Positions 1 to 10,395 of a DNA stretch of 64,000 nucleotides are shown one piece after another. The DNA comes from Diplonema japonicum (Eukaryota; Protista; Euglenozoa: Diplonemea), in assembly GCA_964019335.1 (NCBI GenBank), contig OZ025682.1, positions 248,001 to 312,000 of the forward strand, in the 5' to 3' direction. Made by a program: the position numbers and the translations under genes. Every line of letters starts with the position of its first letter. Within the stretch, counting starts at the first letter, position 1. The notes under the pieces are model-generated. The model had not been told where the DNA came from. It ran no database searches and saw only the letters and a program-made list of their open reading frames with translations.

Positions 1-1
1 A

Positions 2-649
2 CAGCAGCAGCAGCAGCAGCAGTCTAGAGACGAAAGCTGTCCTCGCTGTGTGTGCTTGCTTCAGTTGTTGGATGAGCGTGCTGAGCAGCTGGAAGAATTG
101 AAGTCGAGAGTAACTCAAAGACCTCCGTCGCCCACACCGCTGGACCTCAGCGCTGGAATATCTGAGCAACAAGAACCTCCCCGTCAGCAACAGCAACGGT
201 CACAACATCAACAGGACCTTTATTCCAGTCAGCAGCAACAACAACAACAACAGCTACAACAACAACCCCCAGTACCGCACTGGATGGAATGGGCAAATAA
301 GCAAACTAGCCATTCAGCTGCATACCAACGGGAGAAACAGTTAACAGGGTTTTCAGGGTCTTTCTCCGGGTCATGCCACTCATCTGCTCACACTCAGGAG
401 GGAGGTGCTGTCCCTTACCAGAATATCAATACCAGTGGGGATGGCGATCTTCAACAGACACAACACCAGAACCAGAACCAGAACCAGCACTGTATGCAGC
501 ACCCTGACAGGGTAACATATCGCACCCAGTTAACACGGTCGCAGGACCAGCTCTCTCAAAAACCCATTCCACTCCAGCAACAGACCAGCAACGGTTTGCA
601 TAGAAAGCGTTCAAACCACACCCAGCACAAATACGTTTACGTGAGTTAA
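2..649 (+). CDS. 5'-truncated glutamine-rich low-complexity protein (C-terminal part)
   Basis: The frame is open from base 2 (CAG repeats) to TAA at 647-649. It is Q-rich with coding-like composition and is followed by a T-rich spacer. Confidence 0.7.
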   Translation, partial: QQQQQQQSRDESCPRCVCLLQLLDERAEQLEELKSRVTQRPPSPTPLDLSAGISEQQEPPRQQQQRSQHQQDLYSSQQQQQQQQLQQQPPVPHWMEWANKQTSHSAAYQREKQLTGFSGSFSGSCHSSAHTQEGGAVPYQNINTSGDGDLQQTQHQNQNQNQHCMQHPDRVTYRTQLTRSQDQLSQKPIPLQQQTSNGLHRKRSNHTQHKYVYVS

Positions 650-824
650 AGATTTTTTTTAATAGAGTTCAATTGCCTCGCTTCTTCTTTTTTTTTTTTT
701 GTAGATTCCCGTCCTCTTAGATTTCTAGAAATAACCCCCTCCTGCATTAGGCATTTTTATATTGTTTTGCTGTTTCCCCGGGTGCGTTTTTGTACACTTA
801 CCAGAGAAAAAAAAATAGGTTACT

Positions 825-861
<37 letters not shown>

Positions 862-864
<3 letters not shown>

Positions 865-3774
865 CTTCCTTTACTTGTGCAGACGCTTGTGGGGGCTGCG
901 ATACCAACGCTGTTGGGGTACAGCAACGGCACACAAAACCTTGCAGATGTTGTTGTGGTGGACGGCCTTGCGTACGCAGTGGGGAACGTAGGGTTGATAA
1001 TATACGACACCAAGAGTCTCGGAGAAAATGTGGTGGGGGTGCATGGCGCATCTGGGGCAGCCACGGGTGTCGCCCTGTCCCAGGACATCGCGTACGTCGT
1101 TGGCGGGAGGACGCTCACAATGCTGAACGTTTCTTCCCCAGGAAAGATGTCTGTTCTTGGTAGACACACGACGACCAACGCAATGCTGCACAAGGTGGCG
1201 GTGTCAGGGGATGTTGCCTACATCGCCACCGACCGTGGCGCTTTGATGATGAATGTCAGCAACCCGGAAGAGCCCTCCAGGATTGGGTGGGCAACCGCAA
1301 CCGGTCCTGTCCACGACGTGGTTGTGAAGACTGACTCCAACACACGGCACCTCTTCCTTGCAATGGGTGCCTCCGGGTTTGCTGTTGTCGACGTCACAGA
1401 CGAGAACAAGCCCGTCAACGTGCGTGTGGTCAACTCGACACCTGGACCTGCTGTGGGTATCGCTATAGCCAAACGACCCATCTCCGGTCAGACTCTGGTG
1501 TTCATTGCTTGTGGAACAGGCGGCCTTGCCGTGTACATTGATTCCAACCTCAACGGTGCGACCATGTATGCCGATGCCAATGTTACCAGTGTTGCGGTGT
1601 CTGTAGATGGGAAGGCAGCCTTCGTTGCCGACAGCAGGCACGGTGTTCTTGTGATCGACACCGATCCCATCCCCCTCACCAGCACCAGGAGTCTGCAGGT
1701 TGCGGGAAGAAAAGAGGCGGCAGGCACCGTGCCCCAAGGGTTGGACTTCGTCGAGGAGACCAACAATTTGATGGTTGCATATGATTCAGGGTCGCTTCAT
1801 AATATGAGTATCACGTCCACGACCCGTCCGTCACGTCTGGTGTCGAACAAGCAAGAAGGCCATGTTGAGGCCATTCACGGTTCAGGGTCGACACTCTTCG
1901 TCGGCAACAACGGGGAGCTGCAAATTTGGGAGCTGCAACGCAAAAATCTTCAATTGCTAGGGTCTGTCAGGGGCCCTAAGAGTTTCAGCGGTTCCATCCA
2001 GGTCTACAACAACCAGTTCGTCTTTGCTAGTTACAACTCTTACCTCGACATGGAGGGACACGGGCTGATGGTGTTCGATGTGAGCATGCCATCGCAACCC
2101 CGCTTCGTGTCTGAGATTCCCGGTGTGTGCCGTGATGGGAAACTGGTTCTCCGCGAGAGCGTCCTGTACTGCACGTCGTTCCCCGCCTCGTTGCTGTACA
2201 TCATCGATGTGGGGACCGGAAGCCCGAACGTGACAGCGACTGCGTACGTGGGCAAGGTGTCCGACTTCGACGTTTCCGCCAACAGCAGCGTGTATCTATT
2301 CCAAGAGTCCTCGGAGGACGGGTCCTTTGTGCTGGACGTGCTGGATGTGTCCGACTCCACCGACCCTGTCAACGTGACCAGCCTCGTCATCGAAGGTTCC
2401 GCACGCAGCATCGCCGTCTCGGGCAGCACAGTATTCATCACCAACTGGGAACACGTTCGCGGGATGCTGGCAGTCGACGTGAGCAACCCCTCGAACCCTG
2501 TCGTGCTCGGGAACTACACAGGCAACAACAGGGATCTGACTTTCTATTTCGAAGATGCGGTTGCCTGCGGGGACAACACGCTGTGCGTGACCCTTCTGAA
2601 CGGTGTGGGGGTCTTCGACGTGAGCAAGCCTCTGGAGCCGCGTCTCGTGTTGCAGCTGTACAGGGACTACGAGTCCAACACGCAGGGAACCATCACACAC
2701 TACAGCGTGTCGCAGAACATCATGTACGCAGCAGACTCCCTCCACAACATCCTCGCGTACAACATGGAAGAACAGGACCCGGCCGTTGTCCTCATTCGGT
2801 TGAATATCAACCGTGACGCGAGGGACGTGACCGCTGTGGGCGACGCGGTGTACGTGGCGGACAGGAATGCGGGGCTGTTAATCTACAATGCGGCGGACGA
2901 CGACCTGCCCTTGACAAGACAGTACCAGATGCCCGAGGGAGCACACGGTGTGGCTGTGTCTGGAACGACCGCCTACGTGGTTTCCACAAACGGAGGATTG
3001 TCCACACTGGACCTGAGAAGCACACCTCCCCGTCTTATGGGGAACTTCAGGGGGGCAAACAAGGCTGTCGCTGTTGCTGTGGAAGGGACTGTGGCCTACG
3101 TGGCGGACGGGGACGGGGTGGTCCTTGTAAACGTGCAGTTCCCCTCCAACCCCACACAGCTTGGACGCTTCAACACAAACGGAATGGCAGTGGACGTGCA
3201 TGTCTCAGGGACGACCGTGTATGTGGCGGACAGTGCAGGTGGCTTGAGGGTACTGGATGCGTCGACACCGTCTGCTGTGAGGGAGGTGGGAGCGTACCAG
3301 GACATCAACGCGCAAGCCGTGACCCTCGTGGGGAACGAGGTCTTCTTGGTGGGGGATGTTGGCCTTGTTGTCTTGAATGCTGCGAACCTTTCTTCTCTGA
3401 CAGTGTCTAAGGTTCTGCAGATAGACGGCCCTACAGATGTTTCTGTGGAGGGGGACCTCGTTTACGTCGGTATGGCTGACGGTGTCACGGTGGTGAACGT
3501 GAGCTCGCAGATTCCTGTTGTTGAGGGCGTGCTTCAAACACCAGGTTCCCCTGCTGCGGTGCACGCCGCTGCCGGAAACCGTGTTTTGGTGGCGGATATT
3601 GGTTTGTGGATGTTTGGGTTTCCCGCCACCCGCATGGAGCCTTCTGCTGACGACGATTCAAGTGTTGCTGTCGGTGTGTACATTGCAGTGGGCGTGGTGG
3701 GGGGCGTTGCCTTAATTGCACTCCTTGGTGCTGCCTGGTTCTTCTGTACTAAAAAAGAGGTGGTACCTTATTAG
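862..3774 (+). CDS. LVIVD-repeat beta-propeller surface protein, 970 aa, with signal peptide and C-terminal TM anchor
   Basis: ATG follows a poly-A run and the N-terminus is hydrophobic (MLPLLVQTLVGAA). Many AYVAD-x-x-GL-x-I/V-x-DVS-x-P repeats are typical of LVIVD proteins. The C-terminal TM is VAVGVYIAVGVVGGVALIALLGAAWFF. No introns. Confidence 0.85.
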
Positions 3775-4651
3775 TTTCACCCTTCCCCCCTTTCGTTCGT
3801 TTCTATTTTTTTTTTTTTTTTGTTCAATTTTTTTTTAAATCCTTCACCCATTAACGTCAATCTTTTTACAACTGAAGAAAGAGGCTTTGCTGAATTTACT
3901 CGTTGTAAAAAAAAAAAAAAGAAAAAAAAAGAGGGGGGAGGGGAATTTTTTTCCCCCCCCCGTTGTTTTTATTTTTATTTGTTGTTTAACAATATTATTG
4001 TCACGACTAAAAACTAGTTAACTAGTTTTCATGGCGATAATGAGCTGTTTTTATTACGCACAAACAAATGTAGTAGTAATTTCTTCTTTGTTAAGCACCA
4101 GCAGGCCAGGTTAGTACTGCGGTGAATGATCACGTGGGAAGCCCTGGTGCTGTATCCTCCAAACTTTCAGGCGTCCTGCCACATGCCGCAGGTACCCTTA
4201 AATGTCTCTTTTTTTTTTTTTTTTTTCTCTCTTCTTTTTTCTCCCATTATTGCCTCCTTTTATTTCTTTTCTTAAAGTCACATCGACAACCATTGCATGT
4301 TGCCGACGAACATCTTGAGGTACAGGTTGGTTTTACCCTACTGATGGAGAGAGAGCCCATCGGGCCAGCGTATCTCAACAGCAATATGGGGTAGTACGAG
4401 AGGAACTCCCATTTCTAGTCCCTGGTATCTACGGTTGTCCGATCGGACAACTTTCTCAAGATATAATCGTCTTGACATGACGTGGAGAAAACAACCCCAG
4501 AAGGAGAGGAGGGGGTTACGTTTCCTATTATGTGAATTAATTTTTTTAAATTATTTTTTTTTGAACAGGGACACTCTGCACAACTGGAAAAAATCCGTCC
4601 TGTGTCCCGTTTCTCTCAAAGCGAAGCTTTATTTTATCACCACTTTTTTTC

Positions 4652-4785
4652 GGTGGTGGGGATAACATGGAAATATAAGAAGTACATCAGATGTGTTGTT
4701 CGCTGTTGACCTCCTCGTCGGTCATCACCGGTAGCGCCCGAGTGGAAGAACGTAACGCAGATGCTCAGGGTGACGAACAGGCAGC
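4652..4785 (+). ncRNA. HDV-like (delta-like) self-cleaving ribozyme, predicted
   Basis: P1 GGTGGTG 4652-4658 / CATCACC 4723-4729. P2 GCTGTTG 4702-4708 / CAGGCAGC 4778-4785 (one bulge). P3 ACC 4709-4711 / GGT 4720-4722 with L3 TCCTCGTC. P1.1 GG 4730-4731. P4 CGCCCGAGT 4735-4743 / GCTCAGGGTG 4763-4772. J4/2 A-C4774-GAA. Confidence 0.75.
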
Positions 4786-5163
4786 AAACTGCACGAGCGC
4801 AGAATCTTGGTTACCCGGGACGCCCCGGCTAGGGTTGAGCACACCGCATGCATTAAGGACACGACGGAACGCAGAAGAAGCTACTGCTCGGCCGTGGAGC
4901 GCCCCCTGTAATCAAGTAGGTGTTTCGTGCTTCGTTGCACGCTTAACGCCACCTAGTGTTGCAATCAAAGCCCCATTTTTTTTTTACCTTTCTACTTTGT
5001 GAGGCTTCGAGTGGCCCGCTGTGCCACATACTGTATCTTCCTTTTCTTCTCTTCTTTTACTGAGCTCTCCCCTTTTTTTTTACTCCCCCCAAAAAAAAAT
5101 ACAACTGTCAATTATAACACCAAAGCAACACTTTTAGAAAGAAAAAAAAAAAGAAAAAAAACA

Positions 5164-6188
5164 ATGACTCACACCGAGTGCGCGTACATCCAGGTAATCG
5201 ACCCGGCTAACAGGACTGGAAAGGTTCAGATTCCGTTTGACGTGACATGTGACACGGTAGGGAGGGCGGAGTGGCTCAATGGGGAAGGTGAAACGAAAAA
5301 GGACGTCAGCCTGTGCATGCTGTACCAACAGAGGAGATGCAACGCGGGTCATAAGTGCAACCAGATCCACGCCGAAAAAGCGTTCATCGCAAAGCTGCGC
5401 CAAGAGGCAGACCTGCAAAACACAAGATGCTGCCCGTACCATGACGGGAAGGAAGGACTTTCCACCACAAAGGTCATCAAGCTCCAGACGCAGAACGGTG
5501 CCGTGCATGAAGTGCATCAGAACCTGCTCAGCAGGACCACGACGCTGGACATGCTTCTCGCAAAGAAGGACTCGGTTGTCGTGATCTCCACAACAAGGAT
5601 CTGCAGGCTGCAGCAAAGGAATTGTTGCAAATACGGTAAAGATTGCAAGAACGTCCACCTCTGCAGAGAGGCAGGGAGGCAACTGTCTCAAAACCAGCGT
5701 CCTACAGTTATCCCTCGTCCTTTGACCGTTGTGCCTACACTTCCGTTAGCGAAGCAGGTTCATCAGGTCCCTGCTCAGCAGACCCCTTCCATCCCCAAGA
5801 GGAACGGGAAGAGGAGGATGTCGAAGGACACACAGAACCCCACCACCCCTCCCAACGAGAGGTTGGACGAATTCGCTGGGATGCCTATTCCTGCTTCGGA
5901 CTTTTCCTTGAAGAACTTCCAAGCCGCGTTCAGCAACAAGGCGGGGATGGAGGACATGCCCGTGAACCTTGTTAACAACAAACCTGTTTGGACTGGGCAA
6001 TCCACGAGATCTCGCAACGCCAAAAAGGGTAAAAGGGAGGCATTTGTGGCAGAAAACAGCATCAAGCTCAGCTCCAGTTGTGGTTCTGACATGGTATGTG
6101 GAAAAAAAAAAAAAAAAAAAAAAAAAAACAGTTTGGGGACTCCTTTGCTAAGATCTGCCTCCCTCGTGACCTCTTGTCGCCCATTTAA
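5164..6188 (+). CDS. CCCH zinc-finger (ZC3H-type) RNA-binding protein, 328 aa; join(5164..6093,6132..6188)
   Basis: Two C-x7-C-x5-C-x3-H fingers (CMLYQQRRCNAGHKCNQIH, CRLQQRNCCKYGKDCKNVH) plus CCPYH. One 38-nt GTATGT..ACAG intron. Confidence 0.8.
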
Positions 6189-7827
6189 AAAGGGGGAGTG
6201 AATAAAAGGGATGTAAGAAAAGGGAAAAAAAAAATTTTTTTTTTTGTTTGATCACTCCCCACACACACCCCTTTTTTTTGTTCATTTTCCCGGACACCTT
6301 TTTTTTTTTTGTTTTGTTTTTATTTCTTGTTTTTGAATATCGTCCAGAAAATAATAGACATTAGGAATTACCCCCCCGGCAACACAAAAAAAAAAAAAAA
6401 AAAAAAAAAGGGGAATGGAAAAAGGAGGAAGGAAAAACGATTTTTTTTTCTTTGCATCATTTTTCAATTTATTATTATTATTATTTTTTTTTTCTTCTTG
6501 TTTGAAGGATGCAATTTATTTTGTCTTTTCAGAAAAGGAAGAGAGTAGAAGAAGAAGAAGAAGAAAAAAAAAATATATATATATATATATATAAATTGAA
6601 AAATGAAAATACTGTGAAACGAAAAAAATTTCGTGATAAAAATACTCATTATTGACGTTGTCAGGAACTGACCAAGGCAGGGTGTCAAGTAGAAATCTGG
6701 AGAAGTTTATAACCTTAACACGCTGGCCAAACGTTCACTTTTGTTTACGACAAGGTCAGCAGAGGAGAGAAGCTGGCCGCTTGTGTACCGGAAGACTGCA
6801 ATTTCCCCCCCCCCCCCGTTTTTTTTTTAGACGATTTTTTTCTTTCGTTTTACAGTAGCAAAAAAAAATAAATAAATAAATACAAACTCCCTTCCTGTAT
6901 TCTCTCCGATTCCCCCTCCAAAAAAAAGAAATATCACCGAAGAAAAAGGTGTGTGCACCGGAGCGAGAAAAAAAAAAGAAAAAGAAAAAAAAAAAACATC
7001 CAAAGACAAAAAGATTCTTCATATTAACCCACCCCCCTCCCCCGCCCCAAGGTGTCAAAAGACCAGAGGGGTGGGGGTTAAACAAAAAAAAATTTTGTTT
7101 TCATTTTTTAAAATCTTAGAAAGTGACCAGTATTTTTTTTTTTTTTTTTTTTTTTTTCCATTTTTTTTAAAAATCTATAGAATTTAAATGATGTTGGATT
7201 TAGAAAGAAGGGGAGGGGAAGAGAAAAAAAAAAAAAAAAAAACAAGGAAAGGATGGAGAAAAGAAAAAAAAATAGTATTTGCACGAAGCGCTTTGACTCC
7301 TTCCTTCCCCCCCCTCTTTCGAGCCCCCTCCTGTCCCTCTTTTCACCCTCTTTTTTTTTTATTCACTCCCTAGTAGTATCGGGTTAAGCTTTCTATTTTT
7401 TTATTCTTTTTTTTTTAGTTTGTAAAAAGGAGAGATGATAATAAATTTGAAAAAAAAAAGGGCTTTTTTTTTTATTCTTTCCTTATTTCCCCTTCCCCCC
7501 CCCCCCCCCCCCAACGGGCATTAGCTCTTCCCTAATTTTTTTATGGGAGACTAATGGAACGAGGGGGGGTTAGCTTTTATTTTTATTTGATTTTTTTTTT
7601 TTTCCCTCTTTCCCTTATTTTTCTCTTCTTTCTTCTTCTTCCTTTTTACATCTCCGCGAAACGTTCTCTTCTTTTTTTTTTTTTTTTTTTATTTTGTTCT
7701 CCACTCGATTTTTTTTTTTTGAAACTGGCACATGGACACACAAAAATCGCTTTTTCGAAAAAAAAAAGGAATTCTTTTATTTTTCTTCATCTCCCTTGCC
7801 TTTCCTCCTTCTTTGAAGGTGATAAGC

Positions 7828-7868
<41 letters not shown>

Positions 7869-7881
7869 CCAAGTAAAATAA

Positions 7882-7913
<32 letters not shown>

Positions 7914-10030
7914 CAAAAAAAAAAAGCAACTGCGCTGAAAGGGGGAAAAAAAAGGGAAAAGGTGATGGGGGGGAAAAGAAACCCTCCCCCCCATCTAGTT
8001 TTCTTGTTTCTTTCTTTCGGTTCCACAAAACTTTTTTTTTTTCCCTTCCCTCCTAGTGGAGAAAGGAAGGGGATGAGGAGCGGCGTCCTGTGTCTTTTTC
8101 CTTTTTTTTTTCTTCATTGATATTTTTTCAAAATGTTCCCTCTTCCCCCTCCCCCCTTTTTTTTTGGCAATGTGAACTTCATGGTTCAAGCCAATTTCAA
8201 AAAAAAAAAATCACAACACCGCCACCAAGAATCGGTGACTGGAGAGTAAATTTAATTTAATTTTTTTCAAAAAACAAAACATGCCTCTTCTTTTGCTTCC
8301 TCCCCCCCTCCCGAGGGCTTGATGGCTGTAACTTCTTTTTTTTTTCCATCTTATTCCTTCTGATGTTTAAGAAAAAAGCTGTTGCATGCACGACTGTTCT
8401 GGCCCAATTCTCACCGCACTCTATTGATCCCCCCCCCCCCCTGCCCTTGCCCCCTATTTTTTCTCCCTCCCTGAGCCTTCTTCGTGCAAAAACATGATGA
8501 AAATTACAAGGGAAAAAAAAGGAAGGAAAAAGAAAAGGAGAGCGAAAAAAAAAAAAAAAAAAAAGGGAAGAAAAAATGGACACAGGGAGGGGGAGTCCCA
8601 CCTTGGTTGGTTTGGTGTATTAAGAAAAATAAACACTCTTAAAGCGAAAGCAAACAAACAAAAAATTTTAAATGACCTTTCAGAAAAGGTTTACCCCACC
8701 TCTTCTTCTTTTTTTTTTTTTTCCCCATTTCTTCCCTCCAGGTATTAACCCCCCCCCCCCCCCCCCCTTCCCATGTACCTTCTCTCCTTTTTTTTTGTCT
8801 TTGATGGGGGGTTGCAAGCACTTTCCATCATAGCACACCTTTTTTTTTTAACCCGATATTCTTGAGGTGTAGGCCCCCATCTTGTCTTGACACCCACCTA
8901 TTATTTTTGCTTCCTGACCCCCTCCCCCTCCCTACAGTTAGTTGGAAAGCTGCTAGGAAAAGGCTGTCTCCTGCAAAAAATAAAAGAAAATAAAAAAATG
9001 GAGGTATATCGGAAAAAGAAAAAGTTTTTTTTATTGCAAAACTGGATGGACACCAGAGCCTTTCATATCATTTCCACTGTACCAAGGGGAATAATGGAGG
9101 AAGACAGAACTGGGAAGGGGGTGTTGGGGGGAGGGAGAGAGAGAGAGAGGATGCAGTGCTTTTCCTTCTTTACATCTAATTCCAAAAAAAAAAAAAAAAA
9201 AGAAAGAAAAAAACCCCTTTATTAACACAAGAAAATAGAAGGTTATTCTAACATAACACCCTTCTTCCCACGACCCCCCCTTTTTTGGATCGAAAAGGAT
9301 GAATTAAAAGAAAAGGAAGAAGAAAAAAAAAAACATTTGTTTTCATACCCCTCTTTTCTTTTCTTCCTTCTCGTGCAGCGTGAAGGAAGAAGGAAGAGGA
9401 GGGTCAGTACCCTTTTTCCATCCATTCATCCCCCCCCCCCCAATTTCTTTCTTTTTGTAGCGGCACAAGAAAAAAAAAAGAAAACTATTCGCTGCAGTGC
9501 GGTTAAGAACAAGCACCAGAAGATGAAATGGTTTTATTTCTTATATTTATTTTTTATCCCCCTCCTTTTTTTTCTTCTCTTGTAGGAAGAAGGAAAAGAA
9601 ATATTTTTCTCTCCCCCACCCCCAACCATTCTTTTTGTGATAACAATTTTTTGTCAGTGCTGGAGGAAACTATTTGACAGGTGCAGTTAAAAACAAGCAT
9701 CAAAATATGTACGAATAGCCTTTCTTTTTTTTTTTCTTCTTCTTCTTTTTCTTTTTCTTTTTCTCTCTCTCTCTTCTTTCTCTCTTTTTCTTCTTTTCTT
9801 AGAGGAATTGGATCCTGACTTCTGGCAACGGAAAAGCCGTTTGCGTGTTTCATTTAGCTTTTGGTTACTAGTTTTTTTCGAAAAATTCGTTAGCAAAAGA
9901 AAAAAAAATGCACGCATACAGGCACTCCCTTCCTTTTTTTCTTTCCCTTGTCGCTTAAAAGAAAAGAAGAGGGGGAAATAATTAAAAAAAAAAAAAAAAG
10001 GAGAAAGAGAGGGTAAAAAAAATAATAATG

Positions 10031-10068
<38 letters not shown>

Positions 10069-10271
10069 ATATAAAGCACAATGGTCCATTCGGGATCCGC
10101 TTTTTTTGCCCATCGAAAAAAGGAAAAAAAAAAAAAAAAAAAAAAAAAAAGCAAAAGAAAAAGGGGAAAAAAACCCCAATCTTTACCCCCTTTCCTTCCT
10201 TTTATCCCACATTTTTTTTTTTCTTACATTTTTTTTCCCCCCTTTTTTTTCCAACCCCAATCGTCGCTTCT

Positions 10272-10305
<34 letters not shown>

Positions 10306-10395
10306 CCATTACATTCCCCTCCCCTATAAACAATGGTATTAACACAACACAAAAAAAAAAACAGGGTTATCTTATCTCTTAAAAAAAAAGTCAAA

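Noticed and set aside
4010-4029. Perfect 20-bp palindrome AAAACTAGTTAACTAGTTTT as a transposon footprint
   Set aside because: AT-rich and isolated, with no associated element ends.
4341-4410. Hammerhead core (CTGATGG) or minus-strand HDV core
   Set aside because: CUGANGA is imperfect with no properly placed GAAA, and the minus-strand candidate lacks the P1.1 GG.
6189-10395. Numerous poly-K/poly-F ORFs here and in other spacers (for example 39752-41731 and 50761-56077)
   Set aside because: Translations of homopolymer tracts with no coding signal. Homopolymer lengths may also carry sequencing error.
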